From the NCBI RefSeq assembly GCF_004010195.1, contig NC_057718.1:98430518-98494517 (forward strand): a stretch of 64,000 bases of DNA, written 5' to 3'. Every line of letters starts with the position of its first letter. Positions within the stretch are counted from its first letter, which is position 1. Position numbers and translations under genes: made by a program. The stretch is from Chiloscyllium plagiosum. Its lineage: Eukaryota. The notes beneath the pieces are model-generated. The model ran no database searches, was not told the origin of the DNA, and was given only the letters and a program-made list of their open reading frames with translations. Shown piece after piece: positions 1 through 12,479 of the stretch.

Positions 1-745
1 TTGAGAAGACCACGGGCTGAGGAAAAGGAGTGTGCTGGTGAGCTACATTAGTGTGGGTATCAAACTAAACTATGGCAAAAAAATGTTCACATTAAAAAAA
101 AATTGAGTGTTACAAACATATTTCACATATGTTAACTGCCAGGAGAACAAGCTAATATTTAGAGGTCATACACTTGTGAAAGGTTTCAACATTTTTAACT
201 GTCTCCAGAAGTTGAGAGATCTGCTGTGAAGTTACAGAAATTTCTGCTTTTACATAGGTTTACTCCATTAGCAGTTCTTCTATGTTTAATAGAACTGCTG
301 CAACAGTATTGCTATTGCTAATTTTTAAGCTTTCTACATTAACACTAAAAGTCATACCAACACTAAAAACCACCTATTGTTCTTGAAATAATTCTATTGT
401 TTCCAATTTCAACTGTGATAAATATTTTCCAGTTTCATTTTTAAGTTATGTCTAAAAGTTATTTAGCTTCACTTATATTTAACTTTCTCAGAACCTGTAA
501 TTGCAGCTTTGGCAGTTTAACATCCATGCATAAAAACAGAAAAGCTTCCAGTTCTAAAAGCTCTAAACATTTGGTAATTGATCAATAACCATAAAGGAAA
601 AGAATGAAATAACACCTTCAATTTGCATTAGCACATAAATTTTGATGAGGGAAAATATCCAGTCAGTTAAGTCCAAAGAGAAATCATTTTAATTAATCTG
701 ACCGATTCAAAATTTCCCCAAATTTGACAGTCACAGACAATCTCA

Positions 746-1234
<489 letters not shown>

Positions 1235-3606
1235 CTATAACATAAAAAAAAACTAACGAATAATCCAATTATGCTCATGTTCTTTCTAAAACCGAACAGC
1301 TTGCTGCAAACCTAACAATCCCTAGTGACATGGTCTAACCTCTTAATGACAAAATGTACACAGTCTGAATGGAAGGCCTTAGACACTGCCTCATGATGTA
1401 TCACAATTGCAAATAATTACAACCCCTGATTAATTTAATCAATCATATTCACCAGCAGTGCTTGGGGATGGACAGGACATAAAACGCAACTCTGCTATCA
1501 ATTGCCAGCAACACTACTGGCTGTCTGCCAAGAGTCCCCTGATCCATTTTAGTTAAATGCACATTAATCTGAATTTGGCAGAGTAATCAAGGACCCAACT
1601 GAACTGTGAAATTGAATTCTACAGTGGAACATCATTTGGCCGCTTTATGCTAAGACTGCCAGAGAGAAATACTGTGGCATCAATTTGTCACCGCTATCTG
1701 CTGTTAAGATGGAGAAAACGGAGTGTCCAATACCCTCAGGTTACATTATATTTGGGACCTAACTGGAAACAAAATGATCATTGATAAAAGATCAGCATTT
1801 GAAAGAAAAAAAAATCATTAGCTATCTCAAAATGTAACATTTGATAGAACTTTGTCTATTTTAAAAACCATGCCTCTTTGAATGATTCCCCATCTGAACA
1901 GAAACTTGCTATTTAAATTGCTAAGTAACAGTATTCTTCCGTAAGGTGGTGTGCAGACTAATTCCGTGTTAAAAAACCAGCAATTAAGAAAATCACTGAT
2001 ACAGTGCTGAGAAGAGGCACAGCAAACTGGGCAACAAAGACTTGTGCATCTCATTCTCAGGCCCCTAAATCTCTGCATCACTGCTATTCAAACTACAGAC
2101 CCAAACTTTGCAATTTGTTCTATAACATTAATCTCAGCGCTTATAATTTATATTTGTTGATTTGTCCTGTTTGAACTTAATTGCTTTGGAAATTTGGAAT
2201 GGGTCATTTTTAGCAATAACTATAGAATTGATGAAAGAATAGATCTGCTGTTTAAGACATATACTAGTTGACAGGAACCAGAACTTAAAACATGATGTAT
2301 GGCCTTTAAATGTCCATTCGACATGACAATGGGCTTGAGACCAAAAGCTTGGGCATCCTGTTATTACAAGCTAAGTTGCATTGCTATTATAAGGTAACAA
2401 CTGAGGGCCAGTCAGGAAAGGAAGGAGTAGAAGCAATTAGCAGGTTGCTGGTCTACACATACTGGCAGCTGTTTTCATTACAGCATCGGTGTAGTCTTTG
2501 AACTCTTTTCCCTTCTTGGAATAGAAAGTGCGCTGCTTAGGGTCAGGGACAAAATAGAATGGGGAACAAACAAATACCCACAGTTCTTGGATAAATTAAC
2601 TTTGCCATTTTCCATTATTGGATTAGAATTACTTAAGTCACAAAAATAATTCAGATGCAATCATCATGGCTCATTATACATAAAATGTAATTTTAGTTTG
2701 AGTTGTGTAGCTTCCCACATCCAGAATTCAGAACCCTCACAATACTGATGGGAAGTTATGCTAAGTGAATGAAGGGTAATTTTTCTTGGTAAACCTCAAA
2801 AACTGGAGGGTTAAATTACCTTTGCTAGTTTTACGCACTCACTTCTTTCAGCTTTCCCCAGAAACACTAGTGCTGGAACCTAGCTGCCTTTCCATTGTCT
2901 TGTCTCTATAATGCGTGAGGTGTGAAGCAGTTAAAATGAATGGATGAAGTGGAACAAATTCAAAACTTGTAGCTGATATGATTTAGAATTAGCATTTAAC
3001 ATTTATTCAATTTGTTTCTCTTAACACCATTAACTATGGATATACAGCAGAATGGTGCTTCCATCCCCTTCCAACTGCAATGTAAAAGCTTCCAAAACTA
3101 AACTTTAAACAAATTCACATTTGCAAAATTCATGAATTGACAAAAACAAAATAAGATGTGGAAATAATATTCACATCTTTCCATTCTGTAAATGAAATTT
3201 GTTACTATCGTTAGTAAGTACTGTTAGATACTGCTCATAATCAGGCATATTATTTATAGTGAAATAGTGTAGATTAAATTAATTTAATCCTCCCAATTAT
3301 AAATCTCCATTTTAAGAACATTAAATCATTTTATGCAGACATAAGTATATAACATACATATATAAACATATATATGTATAAAGTATAAGGCAGTTACCAC
3401 ATTTACAGGCAGAAAGCAAGTGTGAAAAAATAAGGAACATTTTATAGCTATTACTAGAGAACTTCAAATATTGCTATTACACTACAACAAAAGCTGTGAT
3501 GGTTTGGTCAGTTGTAGTACAGCACTTCAAACCAGTATAAGGGGAATGTATGTCATGCTTTCTGACTCTACTTCATCATATTACTGTTCATTTTCCATTA
3601 ATAATG

Positions 3607-3902
3607 GGCAGCACGGTGGCACAGGGGCTAGCACTGCTGCATCACAGCACCAGAGACCTGGGTTCAATTCCCGCCTCAGGCGACTCTGTGTGTGGAGTTT
3701 GCACATTCTTCCTGTGTCTGCGTGGGTTTCCTCCGGGTGCTCTGGTTTCCTCCCGCAATCCAAAGATGTGCAGGTTCGGTGAATTGGCCATGTTAAATTG
3801 CCCGTAGTGTTAGGTGAAGGGGTAAATGTAGGAAATGGGTCTGGGTGGGTTGCGCTTCGGCAGGTCGGTGTCCAGTGTTACTTCCACACTGCAAGTAATC
3901 TA
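3607..3902 (+). mobile_element. HE1-type tRNA-derived SINE (V-SINE), near full length
   Basis: tRNA-like head with A-box (ggtggcacaggggctagc) and B-box (gggttcaattccc), V-domain-like body (tgtgtggagtttgcacattct...ggtttcctccc...ccaaagatgtgcagg) and ccacactg...aatcta tail; many copies in the window. Confidence 0.85.
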
Positions 3903-4674
3903 AAAAATAGTGTTGTATATTCCTGAAACTGATTCACTCCCTGAGGAAAACCTTTCATAGCTTGTAAATACAGGCTGCATTATGTCCTGACGAGGTATCT
4001 ATCACATAAAGCTATAGAAAATTGAACAACACAATGCTGTGGAGTGTGAGTAATGACTTGGAGAGACATCTTTGTCCCCAGTCTTCTCCCATTAAAGGAG
4101 TAGTGTCCCCACTTTATTCTAGAACCGTTGTGAAACGATCAGTGGGCTCATCCCAGTAAGTTAACATTCAATAGAAAAACCTGTATTCTGTCAGCTTAGC
4201 AATTCACTTTTGTTGGATGTCACAACAGTAACAAGATTCTGTATGACCTGAGGAAAAGGTGTGTGCGCATTTGGGGTTGGGGGGGGGGGGTAGGGGTCAG
4301 GAAGGAGAAGAGTACTGTTGGGAGAACCCTCCTTCTGTTATGAGCAGACAGTGTCACTGTAGGTCTGGCACCACATTTTGCTGAATATAGCAAGATCAGA
4401 TCTCCATTATACACAAAATAAAAAAAAGCAATATCCAACATAAAAAATCCACAAAATATTGTCATGAAGCCACCCAAGTATAATCTAAATGGATACAAAA
4501 ATCCTGTAGCCTCTTTGGTGTGGGCAATATTTCATCTACTTCCCTCTACATGCTTCACTTGGGTGATTCTTTAGAGACACCCACCAAGCAGAAAAATCTG
4601 GCCTAGTGTTGACGAGAGAAGGACAATACTGATATGTAGTTCGAGTGACAGCTGACATTAATCTACGTACTGCT

Positions 4675-4745
4675 AGGGCTCTTGTGGCACAGTGGTAGTG
4701 TGTTCAAGTCCCACCTGCTCCAGCAGTGTGTAAGAATATCCCTGG
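4675..4745 (+). mobile_element. Short (~100 bp) tRNA-derived SINE fragment
   Basis: gggctcttgtggcacagtggtagtg...ttcaagtcccacctgctccag; homologous to 25746-25845 and to the minus-strand copy at 38688-38769. Confidence 0.55.
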
Positions 4746-5134
4746 GGGAAAAACAAAGTAATTCCAACTAGGCTGTTGAGAGATCACTTCAAGTCAATGA
4801 TTGTTGCTGACATTGAGTGTTGCACCTCATTCCTTCTGCCGCTTTCCTGGCAGCATCAGCCTCAAGTTGACATAGTAAATTAATAACACATGGATCCATC
4901 TAGACTGGTTACGCTTCCCTGAAAGGTGGCTTTCTTAAGGACACAAACCTGTTTCTGTAAATTGTAAAGGCTGAAGAGCACACATCGGTCTTTTTCAAAT
5001 GCAAAATGATTGTGATTTTGTTGAGGTGGAGAAGGCAACAGTCCTCAATAGAATAAAACTGTTTTTTACTTGAAGGTAATTTCTACAAATGTAACAAACT
5101 AGATGAGCTGGACACATCCGAAATGGGGCTTTTT

Positions 5135-5607
5135 TTGATTTGTTTATGTGATCGGTGTTGTTTGTTGGGCTAGCACTTATTATAATCCAAAGCTTCCTTA
5201 GAGAACATGCTGGTGAGCTGCCTCTTTGAATTTCTAAACTCTGTAGGGTATAGGGATACCCGCAGTGTCATAAAGAAGGGAGTTCCAGCATTTTAACCCA
5301 GCAACAATGAAGGAACAGCGATTTTTAAAATCTGGAATAAAGAATCTAATGATGACCATGAATCCATTATTGATTGTCAGAAAAAAACCCATCTGGTTCA
5401 CTAATGTCCTTTGGGAAGGAAAGTGCCATCCTTACCTGGTCTGGCCTATGTGTGACTCCAGATCCGCAGTAATGCCCTCTGGGCAATTAGGGATGGGCAA
5501 TAAATGCTACCTAGCCAGCAAAGCCCTCATCCCAAGGATGAACAAAGAAAATAAATATAATGCCAAGTCAGATGGCGTGTGACTTGGAGAGGAACTTTTG
5601 AGTGATG
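5135..5607. mobile_element. Two copies of a second dispersed repeat family (SINE or LINE-tail type): a plus copy (~5330-5550) inside a minus copy
   Basis: Shared motif gggcaattagggatgggcaataaatgc...gccagc (plus) and its reverse complement; related copies at 22050-22380, 34720-34900, 36835-37020, 39055-39320 and 48340-48640. Confidence 0.55.
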
Positions 5608-5830
5608 CACGGTGGCTCAGTGGTTAGCACTGTTGCCTCACAGGACCAGGGACCCAAGTTCAATTCTAGCCTCTGGCAACTGTGTGGAGTTTGCACATTC
5701 GCCGTGTCTGCGTGGGTTTCTAGTTTCCTTCCATAGTCCAAAGATGTGCAGGTTAGGTGGACCATTCCTGAGAAATGCATGGTTACAGGGGTAAGGTATT
5801 GGGGGTGTGGATGTCTGGATGGGATGATCT
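5608..5830 (+). mobile_element. HE1-type SINE, 3' end replaced by a CR1 fragment
   Basis: cacggtggctcagtggttagcactg...caagttcaattc...tgtggagtttgcacattc...ccaaagatgtgcaggttagg. Confidence 0.8.
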
Positions 5831-5835
5831 CTGGG

Positions 5836-6072
5836 GAAGACCTTTTAGAACAGGGATAAGGAGAAACTTCTTCAGCCAGAGAGTGGTGAATCTATGGAAG
5901 TCATTGCCACAGAAGACTGTGGAGGTCAGTCATTGAGTATATTTCAGACAGAGATAGATAGGGTCTTGGGGATCAAAGGTTACAGTTGAGAAAGTTATCA
6001 GCCATGATGTGACAGCAGAGCAGATTTGATGGGCTGAATGGCCTAATTTTTGCTCCTATGTCTTATGGTCTT
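5836..6072 (+). mobile_element. CR1/HER1-type LINE 3' end
   Basis: agaaacttcttcagccagagagtggtgaatctatgg (RNFFSQRVVNLW) and terminal tcctatgtcttatggtctta tail, as in 57738-58402. Confidence 0.8.
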
Positions 6073-6074
6073 AA

Positions 6075-6400
6075 CACTCAGTCTCCAAGTCAAAAGACGA
6101 GAAGTTAAAGACTTGAGAACATCATGTATGTGAACATGATACTTCACTGCAGTATTGATATATTGCTTAAGCTAAGGCACTATTTGCTCGTTCAACAGCA
6201 TATAAAAATTCTATTGCAATTTCAAGATGAATAGAAACATTTAAACCGGAGCGAACATGAAAACAAATTGATTTGATCATTTACTCCTTTGCTGTTTGTG
6301 TGGCTTTGCTTTGCTGAAATTGACCTCTGTACTGCAGGAATAACTAATTGGGATATTCTGAGGATGTGAAACGTTCTACACTATATAAATGCAAGGTCTG
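6075..6400 (+). mobile_element. Ancient Deu-domain SINE (SacSINE1/AmnSINE1-like), highly decayed
   Basis: Remnants of the Deu/3' consensus: ttgctgtttgtg...ttgct...aaattg...gggatattctgaggatgtgaaa...ctatataaatgcaag. Confidence 0.55.
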
Positions 6401-8765
6401 TCCTAAAATAAAAAAATTTGATCCAATATTCATCGGAGGAATTAGATACTATCAACATGGTTTCCAGTACGCTTGGAGCTTTTTTTTTAAGGTCTCTAGG
6501 TGCTGTTGAAAGGTTGTCCTATATCAAAAGGGCAAAACCCAATGTGACATTGAACAATCTTCATTTGATAATGGAGATGACGGGTCCTGTGCCTGCTGGC
6601 TGGAGTACTGACATGAATTCTGTGTCACCACTTTTAAGGAAGTCCTGTTGCATTGTGTGCCACTCAGACACTTAACTGGACAGCATCAGGATTCTCCAGA
6701 ACCAAGGGCTTCATGGCTGGAGATGCTGCCTACCAAGAACTGCCAGCCAGTTAGGGAGGCAGTGGTTACTGCTGCTGTTATGACATCCTCCTGAGGCCTT
6801 GTTTCGTTACTGGAGTCCAAGCCAAACGTGAGTGTCGACCGCATGGGAAGAATGCTGGACTGCAGCAGACCCTCACTTCCCAATGCCTGGTCCCTCAATC
6901 AGGCACCAACAGCCTTTGAATGAGGGAGTTCCACATTAGCCCACAGGTAACCCTGTACAGGTTGGCTTATCATGCTCCCTTCCCAGTGAGTACCCTTCCC
7001 GCTGCTGGATTAATACCAGCTGCAGCAGAAAGAATTCTGAGGAGGCATTAATTACTTAATGCTTAATTACCCAAGGCATCAACTGGCAGCATGACAGGAA
7101 GTTGGTAACGGTGGGTGGAGGCTGAAAGATAGTAGTCTCCATCTGTCATTCCGACCTCCTGATTAAATATGCTGTCATTGAACCCGCAAAGCTAAGGGCA
7201 TTACATTCCATTCATCATTTTCATATTTCTCCCTTATATCCAGGCTGTTTTCACTCACCACAGTATTTCCTCCTTATACTGTCTGCTGAGACAGTATAAG
7301 CAAAATTATATTAATACTGTCCTGCAACTAAATTAAAGGTATCCTGTTGCCTACAAATATATATTGGGGAGAGGACTCACTATAAAAAAAAATTAAATCT
7401 TATAGGTTTCAATCTGATCACCCTTTTAATGATGTGACAACTCTTAGTTACTGCCAATCAATCTCTCTTGGACTGAATATTAACTATTATAAGTGTTGAG
7501 GTTCATTTCTTCTGTCTTTACTGTTTTGAAGCGTTACAAACATTACATTGTAAATTTTTTTCTCCTCTCCTTTCTTCTATTTTATTTCCATTTTCTGTAC
7601 CTGATATGGCATGGAATTCTTCCACTGAAATTCACTCCTTTCCTTCACAGTCCTTACACTGTTAATTTCAATCTTTCAATTTGACTAATGAAATACGCAG
7701 TTGCTTGCCCTGTTCACTCAGATTCAAGTTTCCATCTGATTGCACCATCACAAACTAGACTTTCAGCAATTTGTTAGGGAAAAATCATAAATGCCTAAAA
7801 AAGTAAGGGCAAGTCTAACTTCAGGCAGAAGCCATGAGATGAAGCCATATTTCATCAACTTGTGGGCCACTACTTTTGTCTCAATACGACAGGGCATAAC
7901 AGTTTATTGTGCATTGCTATTAAAGTTACAACTCCTCAAGTCACCAATCCTAGGCTGCTATTTCCTGATTTAAACCTTGTTGGTCTTCAGGCTCTCTTTA
8001 AAAAAAAAAGGTTCTTGCTTCTTCCTCTAGCTTAAATCACTTAAGTTTGTTTAACATTGTGGCAGACATTCCAAAACTATATTTGAATATTCAATAAAGA
8101 TTAAGCATGACCATGATCAAAATCATTTAAATTCTCACCATATACAGTTGAAGATATAATGGAAGTAGTCCTAAGTAAGATTGGTGATAGAGGGTGATTA
8201 CCAATAGGTATCAATGCTGACAGACAGAGAGATTAGGGTTGGCAATATCCAAGGAAGTTGTGTGGAGCCCAGAAGGCATCTTTAATTCTGCCATTTCCTG
8301 ACCAGGGACTAAGAAAGTGTTGGAAAATTAGAGCAAGCCTGTCTGGAGTAGTAGCTCCCTGCCGAAAGGCCACTTCTATGCACATTTGCTTTCTTGGCAG
8401 GTAGTGCTGCCAACACCCATTCCACCTCTGGAACAAAAATGGCCCGAGAAGAGATAATTCCAACAAATTGGAACACTGGGCAGTGGCATGAAATACCATG
8501 CTTACCAACCTCTAGGATCAGCCCATATGGCTAAAATTCCCCATGTGTTACCATAGCCTATGCTGCAAAAGTAAAAACACCATGATTGAAATTTAATGGA
8601 TAAAGTGACTAAGTAACTTTCACTTAGCTCTACTGTTATTTCAATCCAGAAGATTAAAGATCAAAACCTCTGTTCAAATGTATATTGCTCCATGTGTTTT
8701 TTTTAAATAAAGCAATACACGTGACTTTACATTTATTATGTCATCTCCATATTAACATTTTTTTT

Positions 8766-9070
8766 AAGATTAGATTCCCTACAGTGTGGAAACAGGCCCT
8801 TCGGCCCAACAGTCCACACCGACCGTACGAAGAGTAACCCACCCAGATCCATTTCCCTCTGACTAATGCACCTAACACTATGGGCACATTTAGCCCACAC
8901 ATTTAGCACATCTTTGGACTGTGGGAGAAAACCAGAGCACATGGAGGAAACCCACACAGACACAGGGAGAATGTGCAAACTCCACACAGACAGTCACCTG
9001 AGGCTGGAATCGAACCTGGGACCCTGGTGCTATGAGGCAGCAGTACTAACCACTGAGCCACTGTGCCGCC
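8766..9070 (-). mobile_element. HE1-type SINE
   Basis: Reverse complement of the HE1 consensus, from the tail (agattagattccctacagtgtggaaacaggcc) to the head (cactgagccactgtgccgcc). Confidence 0.88.
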
Positions 9071-11554
9071 TTGATAATCTATTTTGTTAGTCAGCACTAC
9101 TGTTTGTTAGTGCTCCCACCATCCTTCAGATACTGTTCCCAATGTTCAGTTACACTTTAATAACTTTCATCATTGTACAATACTGTGTTTTAATATCAAT
9201 ACACCTTAAAATGTTAACTTAATGGACAGTAGCTACTAGGATGACTACTTTGTACATTTGTAGTGATCACAAACAAATACTCAACAACCAAAACAATTTT
9301 GCAGTCTTTTTCTACATGATACTTGCTGAGCTATTAAGATACTTATTAAATATATAGCTTACAGACTGCCCATCTGTGAAAATGATCTAGTGACTTAATT
9401 GAAAACTTCATTCCAGGTTTCGGAAATTTGATATTTTAAAAAATTTACTTACATTGAAAGCAGTAATTTGCAAATGGAAATACATAATAGTTCCAAGTTT
9501 CACAAAAATAAGAGCAAGAATGGTGGATAAAAATTTGACAATATATGTAAGTAAATAGTTCTGAATTCAGAACCTACAATACACAAGTCTTATTTTAAGC
9601 AGCTTGAGCATACTTGTTATTTATTTATTGGTTTTGGATGTAGTTTTGTATATCAGTATTTTTGGTATTTTAATGTTAAATTAAAGACAAAAACTTCCTC
9701 TAAAATAGCTGTTTCTTTTCTTCTTTGTAGTTCCCATGTTGTGTGATGAAAAGTAGATACAAGCAACTATGGCAGTATACGAATATTTAGTTGAACAGTC
9801 TCAGTTTAAGCTTGATTTCACTTTTTACTAACTAATGCTTCATTGATTACACACAAACACAACTTTATTATGACATCTTCTCCACAGATGTGCCTCCCTT
9901 TAAAAGTAGATTCTTAAAGTTTTGATTATATCTAACAACAGCTTCACGAGGACAAGAACCATTTGAACTGGTGATGTCGCCTCATTGTATTTACTCTTTG
10001 GACACGCATTCAAGAACAGTATCCATGACTTTCTAGTGGGCATGTATCTATGATATGGTCATATCTCCAGTTCTGTTTAATAGAGATTAAGCAGGGCTTT
10101 TTCTGGGGGAAAAAAGGTGCAGTAATAAAATTTCCAGAGCAATAAGCATTCAACTGCTCAGATTTCTAACTACCTGCATTTGTTTGTATACAAAATGCAA
10201 ATTTCACTGCTGGGCCAGAATTTATTATCCATCCTAACTGCAAGTCCAAGCCAGGTTTGAAACCATGCTCCATAAAAGGAAAGTATTTTCCACATGAGCA
10301 GTGAAACACAATTCAGTTCCTTTCAAAATTAAGTACCTAACCAGTTATCGCATTCCGTAGATAAAGACATTTTAAACATTGTCTGAAAACTCTAAAAGGC
10401 ATTAAAAAATGATCTTATGGAGCAGAATTTCTCCAGCAGCTAAATGTGAAAGCGTTAGAGCATGGATGAATGTAACATTTTGAAGTCCAGCATTAATGCT
10501 ACATTTAAAAATGTACACCAGATATCCTCAATGCATAGTTATATGATTTCATTCTGAGTCAACATTTCAATTTGCACAAAGTAAATGCATTTTTACAAAA
10601 TGTTTGAAAGTAATCATTAGTCAATTAGGAATACTTTTATTTTCCCTACACAGATAAGTGTTTTATGCACTGATGTGTTGCAAATTAACTAAAATCCAGT
10701 TTCAGCACCAGTCACTACATCCTCTCCTTGACAAAACACTCCATTGAGTAAAATTAGCAAGTATAAAAAGGAAAATGAAAAGGTTTAGGAAAATAATGAC
10801 TGTATTAGATAAATTATCCCACGCACAATTTAACTTGACCATGTCAGTTTAAAAATTATTTAGAGTACAGTCTAATCTCAAAATTATCTTCATTCTGCTG
10901 TCAATGGAGTTGAAAGTTTCCTGTCCTGAAAAATTACACCAAGTTTGAGAAAAGAAAGGAAACATAAAACGGGATGAGTGATTAGTTTGCTTTTGAGAGC
11001 AGTTCTTGTTTACTTGCCTGATTTTCAAAATGTATTCTAGTGGTTTCAAGATCTGAAAGATGTGTCCAAATTCAAAGCAATTGGTCAATCCACTTTATAT
11101 ATTCTTTTTCCACACACTTACCAATTGTTTTGAAACTTTGCAGCTAAATTACAAAGGCCGGAAGGGCAGCAACTTGGATTTCTTGTGTATTCTGAATTAG
11201 ATGATAGGAATAAGAGTACAGCACTTAACGCCTCAAGCATTTCCTGCAGCTCATAGCTGGGCCAGGGTGCTGAATATAATTGGCTGTGGCTTATCTCCTA
11301 CTCAAATTGAGAAGTGGGTGTAGGAGGTTAAGAAATGGATAAGAGAATAAAGCAATGTAGGGCTTCTGTTACCTATATGCTATCCAGTCACTGCAGTTGA
11401 CAATAAGAGTACATAAGATGAAGAGCGAATCAAATATCAATATGGCACCATTTCACTCACCATTTAACTCATATGATGAGTGCCTATTTAAATAGAGCAA
11501 AGTAAGGAGTCTGGTATCTACAGATCCATAAAAATGAGAATAAAGAAATAGGGG

Positions 11555-11820
11555 ACACTGTTTAAAATTAAAGAGTCGAACATTATTTAAAACAGAGAAA
11601 AGAATTTCTTTTCCTTTACAAAGGCTCATGAGTCTTAGGAACAGTCTTCCTGAAAAGGTGATGGGAACAAAGACTTTGAACACTTTGAAGACAGAGGCAG
11701 ATAGATTTTGTTAAATAAGGGGAGCATGAAATGAAAAGTTCTGCTGGGACTGTGATCTAATTAAATGATGGAGTAGGCTTGAGTGTTCAAGTGACCTAGG
11801 CCTGATCTTAATTTGTATGT
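11555..11820 (+). mobile_element. Decayed CR1 3' fragment
   Basis: gggacactgtttaaaattaaagag...aaaacagagaaaagaatttc...cttcctgaaaaggtgatgg...ttgaagacagaggcagatagattttg resembles the CR1 ORF2 C-terminus/3'UTR. Confidence 0.6.
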
Positions 11821-12479
11821 TCACATGTATTACCCCACTGAGGCACCTTCCGGATAGGAGGGGAGAATTTAAACTTTTCAGAAGAATATTCAAAAACCTT
11901 TGAAGCAAAGGTGCACTGTCCTTGGGAAAAGACTGATCAGATTTGAATATATATCACAAGTTTTAGATTAATTACAATATTACTAGGCTTAATTGTTCCT
12001 TAATTCCACTGATGCCACTATCAGCCATGCAACTCAGAACATAAGTAAAATACAATATCTCTCTATTTTACATTTGCAAGTGATGTTTTGTTCACAGCCT
12101 CTACCAATAGAAAAACATAACTGCTATTATTTCCAAATCATGTAACTACCCTAACATTCTGATGTTTTAGTGAGAAGTCATTGTCATGTATGTGGTGGCA
12201 ATCCATACATAATTTTAGAAATTGAGAAAAAAAGATTTGAGTGTAGAACTAAATTGGCTAGTGACAGCTTCCAATATTTTCCACATGGAAATATCCCATT
12301 AAATCTCCTTTTCATAGCAGAGAAGTGTCAACTGCATCTTTTCCTCTTGTGATAACAGCAAAACTTTTTAATTTCAAAGAAATACAACACATAGGAAAGT
12401 TTAAAAATAAGTGTTTTGCATAAAATTTGAGTCATAAAATATCTTTGCAAGATGTGTACTTTTTCAAAAAGAAAGTGAT

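Noticed and set aside
3607..3680. tRNA gene
   Set aside because: A/B boxes belong to the SINE head; there is no clean cloverleaf and it continues into SINE body sequence.
3471..3807. Recurrent short ORFs (GRKPEH.EETH..., VWSLHILPVS...) that look like a protein family
   Set aside because: They are translations of HE1 SINE copies in various frames (also 5568-5794, 8736-9097, 17153-17608, 45958-46164).
6660..7180. GC-richer segment with ttaatta palindromes, possible non-autonomous DNA transposon
   Set aside because: Could not define terminal repeats, a TSD or a second copy within the window.
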